64,000 nucleotides of DNA from an uncultured Solirubrobacterales bacterium (GTDB taxonomy: Bacteria > Actinomycetota > Thermoleophilia > Solirubrobacterales > Solirubrobacteraceae), in assembly GCA_963749545.1 (NCBI GenBank), contig CAVVNG010000003.1:207786-271785 (forward strand). The letters run 5' to 3'. Under the pieces are notes generated by a model, which did not search any database, was not told where the DNA came from, and saw only the letters and a list, made by a program, of their open reading frames with translations. The stretch's first letter is position 1. Each line of letters opens with the position of its first letter. This document shows, piece after piece, positions 25,766 to 34,984 of the stretch. The translations under genes were made by a program, and so were the position numbers.

Positions 25766-27976
25766 CTAGGCCGGTCGGTTGGCGCGATTGGCCAGGAGAA
25801 CAGCGCTGGCCAGGAGCAGGGCCGCGGTAAAACCAAGCAGGATGATTGCCGCCACCGACTCGTTCAGGCTGAAGAAGTCCTGTCGAAAGCCGGTCAGGGC
25901 GGCGACCTGCGGCGCGTCGGCTAGCCGCACATTCATCGAAATGGCGTGGCCAGCGCCGGCGAAGGCCCAACGGCTCACCATGAGGTCCGCCAACCCCTTG
26001 ATCGCTGGAGCCATCCTCGCGAACGGCACCAGCGCCCCACCGAACAGAAGCTGTGGGATGAGCAGAAGTGGAATGAGGCTCGTCGCCTGGTCCACGCTCT
26101 TCGCAACGGTCGAGACCATCAAACCGAGGGCGACGGCCGACCAGCTGGCCAGAATCAACATCCCGGCAAGTCCAAGGTACGAGGACGCTGAGCTGTAGAG
26201 GGGCTGAATCACTACCGCCACCGCGAGCAGCAAGATGCACTGGATCGCAGCCAACAGGAACAGCAGCGTCGCCTTGGATATGAGGTAGGCGTCGAGGCGC
26301 ACACCGACGACGAGCTCGCGGAGGATGATGGATCGCTCCTTGACGATCTCGCGGCAGGAGTCGATCAGACCGAGCCACAACGCCGCCGTGACGAGCAGAA
26401 ACACGAACACGGCACTGTGCGACGGCTGGTGGTCGGGAAGCCGCAGTAGGTGACGGGGATAGAGAAGCCCGATCAGGGCGGCCATCACGGGCGCCTGACC
26501 GAGCAGGATTGCGATCGTCCGACGGTCGCGCAGGAGCGTGCGGGCGTAGCGCCCGGTCAACGCGCGCGTATGGCCGAGCAACGACCGCCCCGACAGTAGC
26601 TTTGACCGTCCACGCGGCACGGCCGGGATGGGCACGTCGGTGGTTGGAGGGACGTCGGCGAGATCGATGGCGTTGTAGATCTCGTCGTAGGCCGGGACCT
26701 GAAAGTGCTCGAGGCTGTCGCGGGGCGACCCGAGGAACAGCACGTGGCCGCCCTGTCCCATGACCGCCACGGTGTCGCACAACGACAGGCTGCTCGTTGC
26801 GTGAGTGACGACAACGATCCCGCGTCCACTATCGGCCAGGCGCCGGAAGGTGAGCATCAGCCGGCGTTCGAGCGCCGGGTCCAGACCGCTGGTGGGTTCG
26901 TCGAGCAGCAGCATCGTCGGCTTGCCAATCAACTCCACACCACAGGCGACTCGTTTGCGTTGTCCGCCCGAGAGGCGCCCGACCATCGTCTGCTGATGCT
27001 CGACGAGACGCAGCTCCTCAAGCACGTCCTGGACCGCGGCGAGATGCTCGGAGCGGCGGGTGTCCGACGGCAGCCGCAGCCGCGCGGCGTAGAGCAGCGC
27101 TTCGTGGACGCTCAGTCGATCGTGGACGACGTCGCTCTGGGGTACGTAGCCCACCTCGGTGAGCCTCAACTCCAGCGGGTCTGCGGCCACCATCACGCGG
27201 CCCGAGGTCGGCTGCCCGACGCCGGCGAGGCACTTCAACAGCGTGGTCTTGCCCGAGCCACTCGGGCCGATCAAGGCCACGAATTCGCCTGGCGCCACGC
27301 TCAGGCTCGTCGGGTACAGAATCGTCCGCTGACCGACGCGCACCGAGACCTGATGGGCGGTCAGGCTGAGCCCTCCGCGCTCGTCGCTGACGATCAGCTC
27401 GCCACCCTCATAACGCAGGCTGAAGGGGCCTACGCCGGCCGGCAATCCGGGCTGCAACGGCCCGGTCGCCCCCTGGAGCAACTGATTGCCCAGCCGGACG
27501 CCGTTGCGAGAGCCCAGATCGACCAGGGTCGGTGGATGACCCGGCCTCACCTCGGCGTGGTGCCAGGACACGTTCGGCACGTCCAGCACGACATCGTTGT
27601 CGGGAGCACGGCCAATTCGCACTCGTTTAGTCCGCACCGGCACGCGCCGGAACCGACCGGTGGTCGGGGACGTTTCGGTTTCCTTCTCGCGCAGACGCCC
27701 ACGAACGCTGCCGATCTGGATGATCGCCTCGCGGGTGATCCGCCGCGGCGCGGTGTCGATCCGAGCGCCGTCGAGGAAGGTGCCGTTGCTCGACCCCAGG
27801 TCGGTCACGCGCGGCGACCCGTCGGCGAGCTCGATCTGCAGATGGCGCCACGAGACGCGTTCATCGCTGATCGGGATGTCGCACGCAGGGTCGCGGCCCA
27901 GGACCATGGTCCGATCCTCGATGTCGAACAGCAGGCCACCGAGCTCGATCACCCAGCCTGGACGCACCTCGACCAT
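25766..27976 (-). CDS. FHA-FHA-ABC transporter (ATPase + ABC-2 type permease), Rv1747-like architecture
   Basis: It has two FHA modules (…LGRDPACDIPISDERVSWRHLQI…GSSNGTFLDG and …IGRAPDNDVVLDVPNVSWHHAEV…GSRNGVRLG). Walker A is GPSGSGKTT, the signature is LSGGQRKR and Walker B is LLLDEPTSGLD. Six C-terminal TM helices follow. Confidence 0.9.
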   Translation of the reverse strand: MVEVRPGWVIELGGLLFDIEDRTMVLGRDPACDIPISDERVSWRHLQIELADGSPRVTDLGSSNGTFLDGARIDTAPRRITREAIIQIGSVRGRLREKETETSPTTGRFRRVPVRTKRVRIGRAPDNDVVLDVPNVSWHHAEVRPGHPPTLVDLGSRNGVRLGNQLLQGATGPLQPGLPAGVGPFSLRYEGGELIVSDERGGLSLTAHQVSVRVGQRTILYPTSLSVAPGEFVALIGPSGSGKTTLLKCLAGVGQPTSGRVMVAADPLELRLTEVGYVPQSDVVHDRLSVHEALLYAARLRLPSDTRRSEHLAAVQDVLEELRLVEHQQTMVGRLSGGQRKRVACGVELIGKPTMLLLDEPTSGLDPALERRLMLTFRRLADSGRGIVVVTHATSSLSLCDTVAVMGQGGHVLFLGSPRDSLEHFQVPAYDEIYNAIDLADVPPTTDVPIPAVPRGRSKLLSGRSLLGHTRALTGRYARTLLRDRRTIAILLGQAPVMAALIGLLYPRHLLRLPDHQPSHSAVFVFLLVTAALWLGLIDSCREIVKERSIILRELVVGVRLDAYLISKATLLFLLAAIQCILLLAVAVVIQPLYSSASSYLGLAGMLILASWSAVALGLMVSTVAKSVDQATSLIPLLLIPQLLFGGALVPFARMAPAIKGLADLMVSRWAFAGAGHAISMNVRLADAPQVAALTGFRQDFFSLNESVAAIILLGFTAALLLASAVLLANRANRPA

Positions 27977-27978
27977 GG

Positions 27979-29037
27979 TCAGAGCGAAGCGCTGCAGCTC
28001 GCAGCAGGTCGACGGGAATCGAGTTCAACATGATGCCGGGCCCAGCTGGCCAGGGCGGTGATCATCGCCGTCGCATCTGCAAACGAGCCGCTGGCCGGCT
28101 TGGCGATCATGCTCATCACGTAGCCGCGGTCGCCGCTTCCGACGATCGCCGTCTGACGGACCAGATAACCGCCCGCCTCGGGGCCCCATCCTCCCTTGAA
28201 CGCGAGCGGCACGGCGCTCGGATAACCGGCCTCGCCAGCACCCCACCTCTGCGATGGGATCACGCTTCGCATCAGTCCCAAGACGTACGCCGTGTCATGT
28301 GGCCCGAGCAGGCAGCCGCGAGCGAGTGCCCGGTAGAACAGGATCTCGCCGGTCGTCGACCAGATGCTTTGGCCCCAGGTCGTGAAGCCCTGATCGTTGG
28401 GCGCCGTGTTGATTGTCGTGTGGTGATCGCCGGCCCGCTCGAGCGTGTGTTGCACGGCGATGCTCGCCCCGTCGAGGCCACCATGGATCTGTTCGAGTCT
28501 GGAGAACAGTGATTCCGCGGCGGCGTTGTCGGACTGCTCGAGCGCCAGAGCAGCATCGGTGTGGCCCCGTGCGCTGAGAACCTGACCGCTCTTTTCATAG
28601 TCGCCTAGCAACGTCGCCAGGACAGGAACCTTGCTCGTGCTCCACGCGTGACCGGCCTGATAGCTGCCGAATGTGTCGATCCGACCACGCCCGAGGGGTG
28701 CAACGGCCAGCCCTACGGAGCCCTGCAACTGCCCTGCCAGCGAGGCGAAGCTCGCCGCTGCTCCCCGAGTGAGGATCGACGCCGCGCGGCGGGACCCAGG
28801 CGTCGGATGCCTCCGGCGGTCGCCGCTCGGGTTGGCGCGGTTGCGTCGGTGGACTTGATCGGTCGACGTGGCATGGGTCGGCCGCTGCGCCTGTGAGCTA
28901 GGCAAGACGCGCGTGACAACAACATGGCGGCTCGAACGGTTGGTCAGCACGATCGTCGCCGCCCCGACACCGAGACCCGTAACGAACAATGCCACCGCAA
29001 GCGGAAGCGCCCGTCTTACACGGGGAATTCGCGGCAC
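27979..29037 (-). CDS. membrane-anchored class A beta-lactamase-like serine hydrolase
   Basis: An N-terminal TM segment is followed by SxxK (WSTSK), SDN (EQSDNAA) and a KTG-like motif (FKGGWG). Its stop lies 2 bp from the ABC transporter start. Confidence 0.75.
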   Translation of the reverse strand: MPRIPRVRRALPLAVALFVTGLGVGAATIVLTNRSSRHVVVTRVLPSSQAQRPTHATSTDQVHRRNRANPSGDRRRHPTPGSRRAASILTRGAAASFASLAGQLQGSVGLAVAPLGRGRIDTFGSYQAGHAWSTSKVPVLATLLGDYEKSGQVLSARGHTDAALALEQSDNAAAESLFSRLEQIHGGLDGASIAVQHTLERAGDHHTTINTAPNDQGFTTWGQSIWSTTGEILFYRALARGCLLGPHDTAYVLGLMRSVIPSQRWGAGEAGYPSAVPLAFKGGWGPEAGGYLVRQTAIVGSGDRGYVMSMIAKPASGSFADATAMITALASWARHHVELDSRRPAASCSASL

Positions 29038-29193
29038 CTATCGATCGCCCCAGCTCGGCAATGCCCTCACCTTCAGACGACGCAGCATAGCGACGAAGTC
29101 CGGCATTAGATCCATACGTTGCGCAACACGCGGTAGGATCGGCGTTGGCCCAGGGGCATGTGGCCAGAGACGCGAACGATGGGGGTTCCCCAC

Positions 29194-30942
29194 ATGGGTA
29201 GCGCAAGCACCAGCCAGTTGGACGTTGGACACCTGCTCGGTGACTACGAGATCCTGTCCGTGGCCGGCATCGGTGGCATGGGCGTCGTCTACAAGGCCAG
29301 GCAGCGCTCGCTCGGCCGCGACGTTGCGCTGAAGGTCATCCGCGACGAGATCGCCCGCGAAGCCGAGTATCGAGAGCGCTTCCTCCGAGAGGCCCGGCTC
29401 GCAGCGGCCGTGGACCATCCGCACGTCGTCTCGGTCTACGACGTCGGCGACGCGGACAGCCGACTCTACCTCGCGATGCAGTGGGTCAACGGACAGGACC
29501 TGAGGCGGATCCTCGAATACTCGGGGCGTCTGTCACGCGAACGCGCGGTGGCGATCGTCATCCAGATCGCCGGCGCCCTGGATGCCGTACATGGCGTAGC
29601 GGGTCTGGTCCACCGCGACGTCAAGCCGGCCAACGTCCTGATCCGCCACATGGACGGCACGGATCACGCTTACCTGTCCGATTTCGGCGTGGCCAAGCCC
29701 AGCGATGCAGCGGAGCAACTCACGCACACTGGCTGGACCGTGGGCACGGTCGGCTACCTGTCGCCAGAGCAGATTCGCGGCGGCGAACCGACTGGGGAGA
29801 GCGACCTCTACGCACTCGGGTGCCTGTTCTTCGAAGCCCTGACGGGAAGGCCTCCCTTCATCGCGGAGAATGAAATGGGGCTGCGCTGGGCGCATGCCAA
29901 CGATCCCCGGCCGAAGGTATCGGCGCTTCTGCCCGATCTTGGCATCTCATACGACGCGTTCATCGAGACGGCGTTAGCAGTCGACCCCTCGCAGCGGTTC
30001 CAGTCGGGCCGACAGTTCGCTGACACGCTGAAGGCAGTCAGCTCGGGGGCCGAGCCACTGGTCGCCGCCGCCGTGGTCCCTCCGCACGCCCCGACGGCGG
30101 TCGGGCCGCCCACACCAATTCCGCCGCCCGGCGCGTCGCCGACCCCGATTCCGCCCCAGCCTGGCTACGGGTACCAGACACCGGCTCCACCGTATCCACA
30201 ACGCGCACGGTCAGGCAATCCAGTCGCCCTGATCCTTTTGGCTCTGGTCGCCCTAGCCGGAATCGCGGTGGGGGCGCTCGCTGCCGCGGGGGTGTTCTCA
30301 CATCAGACGAGCACTCAAACGCTCACGCAGATCAGCAAAACGAGTCAGACCTCTCCCACCACCAAGACCAGGCCGCCTCGGCACCAGCCCACGACGACTC
30401 CGCCGCCTGCGGCCGTACCTCCGTCGGCCCGGACTCCATGCGGTGGCGATGTCTCAGTCGGCCCCAACACCAGCTGTGGGTTTGCTGAGAACGTCGAGCA
30501 GGCATATCTGCAGACGAGCGGCGGCGATACCGACGTAACGGCGTATAGCCCGGCCACCGGGCTTACCTACACAATGCACTGCACGGGCGGATCCCCCCAC
30601 CTGTGCACGGGTGCCAGGGACGCGTCGGTGTACTTCGCTTCGAGCCCCGGCGCAACGCAGTCGACGACAGCACCCAGCCAGACGGGCGGAACCCGAGCGT
30701 GTGACCAGAACATCTCAGCTAACGCAAACACGAGCTGCCCGTTCGCCGAGAACGTTTTCCGGTCCTACGCCCGGGACTACCAAGCCAACGGCCAGCAGAG
30801 CGATGATGTGGTCTCGGCCTTCAGTCCGGTGACCGGCCAGTCCTACCAGATGGATTGCACCAACGGTGGGGTCACCGTCAACTGCTCGGGGGCGAACGGC
30901 GCCTTTGTGACGTTCCCGATGCACGCTGTTCAGGTGTACTGA
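29194..30942 (+). CDS. Ser/Thr protein kinase with TM segment and duplicated Cys-containing extracellular module
   Basis: Hanks motifs are GIGGMGVVYKA, ALKVI, HRDVKPANVL, DFG and GYLSPE. A Pro-rich linker leads to the TM segment NPVALILLALVALAGIAVGALAAAGVF. The start could be 29158, 29179 or 29194. Confidence 0.9.
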   Translation: MGSASTSQLDVGHLLGDYEILSVAGIGGMGVVYKARQRSLGRDVALKVIRDEIAREAEYRERFLREARLAAAVDHPHVVSVYDVGDADSRLYLAMQWVNGQDLRRILEYSGRLSRERAVAIVIQIAGALDAVHGVAGLVHRDVKPANVLIRHMDGTDHAYLSDFGVAKPSDAAEQLTHTGWTVGTVGYLSPEQIRGGEPTGESDLYALGCLFFEALTGRPPFIAENEMGLRWAHANDPRPKVSALLPDLGISYDAFIETALAVDPSQRFQSGRQFADTLKAVSSGAEPLVAAAVVPPHAPTAVGPPTPIPPPGASPTPIPPQPGYGYQTPAPPYPQRARSGNPVALILLALVALAGIAVGALAAAGVFSHQTSTQTLTQISKTSQTSPTTKTRPPRHQPTTTPPPAAVPPSARTPCGGDVSVGPNTSCGFAENVEQAYLQTSGGDTDVTAYSPATGLTYTMHCTGGSPHLCTGARDASVYFASSPGATQSTTAPSQTGGTRACDQNISANANTSCPFAENVFRSYARDYQANGQQSDDVVSAFSPVTGQSYQMDCTNGGVTVNCSGANGAFVTFPMHAVQVY

Positions 30943-30960
30943 GCAGCGCGGCGACTCCCG

Positions 30961-32682
30961 TCAGTTCATCGACAACGACTGGCGCAGGTCTGAGAACCCG
31001 CTCGAGAGCGATGCGTACTCACTCTCGGGCGCCTGGGTCAGGACAGCGACCGAGTCACCGTTGTTGGTGTCGGTGAAGAACTCATCCTCCTTATGCAGCT
31101 GAACTCCGGACTCGTCGACCGTGAACTCCCAATGCACTGCCGGGAAGCCCTCGAACGTGCCCCGGGAGAGATTGATCTGGCTGTAGCCGGGCTGCTGCTC
31201 CAGACTGCTGAGAACGGGCTGGGCAGCGACCATCGGGTCACTGCTGGATGGATTGGCGGTCACGTCGACGCGCATCAGAGTGTTCGAGTCACTCGGTGAG
31301 ACAAACGTCGTGTCGGTGCCATAGCTCTTCTGCGCTTCTGCGTCCTGGGTGATCCACTGCGCGGGGTAGGAGATCGAGAACGCTCTCCCGGCATACGTTG
31401 TCGTGGGGCCGAATGGTGTCGACGGCGCCTGAGAGCTCGACGGCGTTGACGGGGTCGTGGCTGTCGGAGACGACTGGGTCGTGGACGTGGGCGGCGAGGT
31501 CGGATGCCGCGAGCCTTTGTGCGACCGGCGGTCCCGGGGGGAAACCGCCGCCGCCCGCGTGTTCGTCAGCGTGGTGGTGTGGGTTGAGAAGACTCCGGCC
31601 GCGGCGAGGGCGCCCACCGCGATACCGGCCAAAGCCACGAGGCCGAGGATGACCAGCGCCAGTGGGTTACCCGAGCGCTGTGGGGGCGTGTGCGGTGGAA
31701 CGGGCGTCGGGTATCCGTAGCCCGGATACATCGCAGCACCCCCCGGCGGCGTCGGTGGCCCCGGTATCGGCGTGGGAGGACCGACCGCGGTGGGAACGTG
31801 GGGTCGTTGTGGCGGGGCGGTGGCGTTCGGCGCGGCTTGGCCGGCCTCGGCAGCGCTGAGGGCCAGGGCAAAGGCGGCACCGGATGAGAACCTCATCTGC
31901 GGATCAACCGCCAGAGCGCTCAGCAGAAAGTCGTCGTAGCGGGGGTCGACACCGGAGGCGACACCCGACGCGAGAGGCCGTGGGTCATGAGCGTGCGCCC
32001 ATCGCAGTGCCATCTCGTTGGGTCCTTGAAACGGCGGCTGCCCGGTGAGCATCTCGAAGAACACGCAACCGAGCGCGTAGAGATCGCTCTGCCGGTCGGG
32101 CTCCCGGCCCATGATCTGTTCGGGCGCGAGATAGCCAGCCGTGCCGACCGTCCAGCCCGTCCGGGTCAGGCTCTCGACACTCTCGGCCGGGCGGGCGACA
32201 CCGAAGTCGGTCAGGTAGGCGTGGTCCTTGCCGCTGAGCGTGCGCAGCAGGACATTGGACGGCTTCACGTCTCGATGGATCAGGTCACCGACACCGTGCA
32301 CGGCGTCGAGTGCCTCCGCGACCTGGATGGCGATGGCCACGGCCCGATGTGACTCCAAACTGCCCGAGCGCTCGAGGAGGTGTCGCAGATCCTCGCCGTC
32401 GATCCACTGCATCGCGAGAAACAGGCGGTGGTCGGACTCGCCGACGTCATACACCGAGACAACATGGGGGTGGTCGACGGACGCGGCCAGCCGAGCCTCA
32501 CGCAGAAATCGCTCACGGTATTCGGGCGCCTGTGAGATCTCATCCCGAATCACCTTCAGGGCAACCGTGCGGCCGAGAGAACGCTGTACCGCGCGATAGA
32601 CGATCCCCATCCCGCCGGCCCCCGCGACATCGAGGATCTCGTACTCCCCGAGTACCTGCCCCTCGATCATCTGACCGTTCAT
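30961..32682 (-). CDS. Ser/Thr protein kinase (paralog) with TM segment and a different extracellular domain
   Basis: The kinase domain is near-colinear with the neighbour (GAGGMGIVYRA, HRDVKPSNVL, DFG, GYLAPE). The TM segment is NPLALVILGLVALAGIAVGALAAAGVF. The ectodomain, FSISYPAQWITQD...VHWEFTV, may be PsbP/DUF1795-like. The start could be 32715, 32682 or 32670. Confidence 0.9.
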   Translation of the reverse strand: MNGQMIEGQVLGEYEILDVAGAGGMGIVYRAVQRSLGRTVALKVIRDEISQAPEYRERFLREARLAASVDHPHVVSVYDVGESDHRLFLAMQWIDGEDLRHLLERSGSLESHRAVAIAIQVAEALDAVHGVGDLIHRDVKPSNVLLRTLSGKDHAYLTDFGVARPAESVESLTRTGWTVGTAGYLAPEQIMGREPDRQSDLYALGCVFFEMLTGQPPFQGPNEMALRWAHAHDPRPLASGVASGVDPRYDDFLLSALAVDPQMRFSSGAAFALALSAAEAGQAAPNATAPPQRPHVPTAVGPPTPIPGPPTPPGGAAMYPGYGYPTPVPPHTPPQRSGNPLALVILGLVALAGIAVGALAAAGVFSTHTTTLTNTRAAAVSPRDRRSHKGSRHPTSPPTSTTQSSPTATTPSTPSSSQAPSTPFGPTTTYAGRAFSISYPAQWITQDAEAQKSYGTDTTFVSPSDSNTLMRVDVTANPSSSDPMVAAQPVLSSLEQQPGYSQINLSRGTFEGFPAVHWEFTVDESGVQLHKEDEFFTDTNNGDSVAVLTQAPESEYASLSSGFSDLRQSLSMN

Positions 32683-32825
32683 AAGCTTCGCCCCAGCTCT
32701 GTCGCCCCTTGCCACTTTCGAGCGGACGCTGAACCCGCTCGGGGCCCAATGCTACCGCGTCCGGTCAGCCGCTGGGGGACGACCGGGACACTTTCCGACG
32801 CCGTCAGGTCGGACGAAGTCCCGGC

Positions 32826-34472
32826 TCAGATGTTCAATATCGAACCCAGGGCGGCCGCGAGGTCGTGGTCAGGCGCTGCCCCTGCCCGCGGCGTCCGCCA
32901 CCCGACAAACCCATCGGGCCGGACAAGCACCGCGCCGTCGGCCCCCACCCCGTACAGGGACTCGAACCTGCCCTCCGGAGCCGCCAGATCACCCGAGACC
33001 CCAACGCTGAAGACCTCGATGGGCACGCGACGTGGACCGGCGGCGACTTCGGCAACGCCGCGCCAGCGGCCATCGTGGGCCCCGGTCAGCAGAACCAGCC
33101 CGCGGCCGAACAGGTCCAGGGTCGAGATTCGCCTTTGGTCGCGCTCCACCCACAGATGCGGCGCACGGCCACCGGGGCACGCGTTCTGGACGTAGTCGGC
33201 CATTGGGTTTCCCACCTCTGGCGGTCGGCTTCCGTCAGGCGCCACCGCCCCGGTCTCGTAGCGGAAGCCGAGATCCATGCCCTGGCGCCCACCCGACGGT
33301 CGGGAGGCGAGACCCCTGCGTACGGCGTCGAGATTGCCGGCGCGCACAGCCTCGATCATCTTCATGAGACCGCCGCCGCGCCGGGCGCTGTAGGCGACGT
33401 TGCGGTCGGCCACGGTCCGCCGCTCCGTCTCGTAGGTGTCCAGAAGATCGGGTCCGGCCCAACCGCTGACCACCGCTCCGACCTTCCAGGCCAGATTGTG
33501 AGCGGAATGGATCCCGGTGTTCATGCCAACACCGCCGTCGGGCGTGGTGCGGTGAGCCGCATCGCCGGTGAGCAACACGCGCCGATCGCGAAACGACGTC
33601 GAGAGCTGGGCGCCCATGATCCATGACTTCACGCTGAGGAGCTCGACGTCAAGATCGGGAACCCCGGCCGCGTGGCGGATCGTCTCCACGCAGCGCTCAT
33701 CGGTGAAGTCCTCGACGGTTTGTCCAGGCGCGAGGTTCACGTGGAACAGCCAGAGGTCGTCGCCGTTGAGGGTCACGAAGGCGCCCGAGAGCTCTGGCGT
33801 GATCACGTTGTATGACCAGGCCGGCCGCTCGCGGACCAGCGGACCCAGGGCGACCCGATGGTAGATGTTGACGAAATGTCCCATGTCAGATTCGCCGGTC
33901 CGGCCAATGCCGCACGCATCACGGATGCCGCTGTCGTTCCCATCAGCGGCGATCAGGTACTGGGCGCGCACCGTGTTCGGCTCGCCCCCCTTGTGGGGCG
34001 CGACCGTCGCCGTGACGCCGTCGTCGTCCTGCTCGAAGCTCGTCAGCTCGTAGCCGAAGTGCAGAGCAGCGAGGTCTTCGGCCTCGGCGCACCTGCGCAT
34101 TGCCGATTCGGTCATGTCCTGCGGACACCGAAGGCCCGTCGCGGGGCTCTGGGGCTCGGCCGCCATGTCGTCGGGCTCGACCGAGTCGATGCGCGCAAGC
34201 TCCTCGCCGGCGAGCGAGGTCGCCCACACCATCTGCCGGCAGAACTCGCGCGGCACGCCTTGGCGCGAGACCTCGCCCTCGGCTCCCCACAGCTGCAGGA
34301 GCTCGGTCGTGCGCTGCATCAGGCCAACCGCCCGAGGGTGCTCGAGCGTGTGCGGATACTTGCTGACGAGCGTTGACGGCACGCCGAGTCGCGACAGGGT
34401 CAGAGAGGCCGCCAGCCCTGTCGGCCCGCCCCCGGCGATCAGGATGGGTGTGTCGTCGGAGATCTCGGACAT
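32826..34472 (-). CDS. FAD-dependent aromatic-ring monooxygenase (PheA/TfdB-like)
   Basis: The ATG at 34472 is preceded by GGAGAG and gives MSEISDDTPILIAGGGPTGLAASLTL. Motifs are LIAADGNDSGIR (DG) and LLTGDAAHRTTPDGGVGMNTGIHSAHNLAWK (GD). A thioredoxin-like C-terminal domain follows. Confidence 0.9.
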   Translation of the reverse strand: MSEISDDTPILIAGGGPTGLAASLTLSRLGVPSTLVSKYPHTLEHPRAVGLMQRTTELLQLWGAEGEVSRQGVPREFCRQMVWATSLAGEELARIDSVEPDDMAAEPQSPATGLRCPQDMTESAMRRCAEAEDLAALHFGYELTSFEQDDDGVTATVAPHKGGEPNTVRAQYLIAADGNDSGIRDACGIGRTGESDMGHFVNIYHRVALGPLVRERPAWSYNVITPELSGAFVTLNGDDLWLFHVNLAPGQTVEDFTDERCVETIRHAAGVPDLDVELLSVKSWIMGAQLSTSFRDRRVLLTGDAAHRTTPDGGVGMNTGIHSAHNLAWKVGAVVSGWAGPDLLDTYETERRTVADRNVAYSARRGGGLMKMIEAVRAGNLDAVRRGLASRPSGGRQGMDLGFRYETGAVAPDGSRPPEVGNPMADYVQNACPGGRAPHLWVERDQRRISTLDLFGRGLVLLTGAHDGRWRGVAEVAAGPRRVPIEVFSVGVSGDLAAPEGRFESLYGVGADGAVLVRPDGFVGWRTPRAGAAPDHDLAAALGSILNI

Positions 34473-34631
34473 GTCTGTCTCTCCTGCTGTTGTCGAGACC
34501 CGCGCGCCCGGCAGCCCCAGCGCGCACGGACCGCACCGACCCCGCTGAGCGATGGTAACGGCCGGGGTCCGGTTTGCAACACACTGATCAACGACTCGTG
34601 TGCGCGAGGGCTCCGGTTTAAGCTGTGGTTG

Positions 34632-34940
34632 ATGGAGCAGTTGCCGATGGCGCCCGCTGGCTGCACCCTCGACGAACCGGGCCTGCAGGCCCAGCTCGCT
34701 CGCTATCACGCCGCGGGCAAAGGAGCGATCGCCCTTCAGCGAACGCCCCGACGGCTGGTCATCCGGGTCGGAGGCCAGGCCGCCGACGAGGACATCGCCG
34801 AGATGATCGGCGTCGAGCGCGCCTGTTGCCCGTTCCTCACGCTGGAATGGGCCGCACGGGAGCGAGTACTGGCCATCTCGGTGGCGCGCCCCGAGGAGCA
34901 GCCCGCGCTCGACGCGATTGCCTTCGCCCTCGGGCTCTAG
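34632..34940 (+). CDS. hypothetical small protein with ERxCCPF motif
   Basis: 102 aa with high GC3. The C-terminal half, IGVERACCPFLTLEW, resembles a recurrent uncharacterised actinobacterial module often attached to MerR/ArsR-type regulators. It overlaps only the spurious 5' extension of the 1106-aa ORF. Confidence 0.55.
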   Translation: MEQLPMAPAGCTLDEPGLQAQLARYHAAGKGAIALQRTPRRLVIRVGGQAADEDIAEMIGVERACCPFLTLEWAARERVLAISVARPEEQPALDAIAFALGL

Positions 34941-34984
34941 ACGCAGGACTTCCAAAACGGCCCCCGGTCGGTCATGCTCGGCCC

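Noticed and set aside
34473-34955. The 161-codon N-terminal extension of the 709-aa monooxygenase ORF.
   Set aside because: The FAD-binding GGGPTG motif follows the internal ATG at 34472, which has a GGAGAG RBS. The extension has no homology and overlaps the divergent small ORF.
34625-34984. The 5' extension of the 1106-aa ORF upstream of the SARP domain.
   Set aside because: The extension is Arg/Gly/Pro-rich and non-homologous. A better-supported 102-aa ORF occupies another frame here. SARP homology starts at the GTG at 34985.
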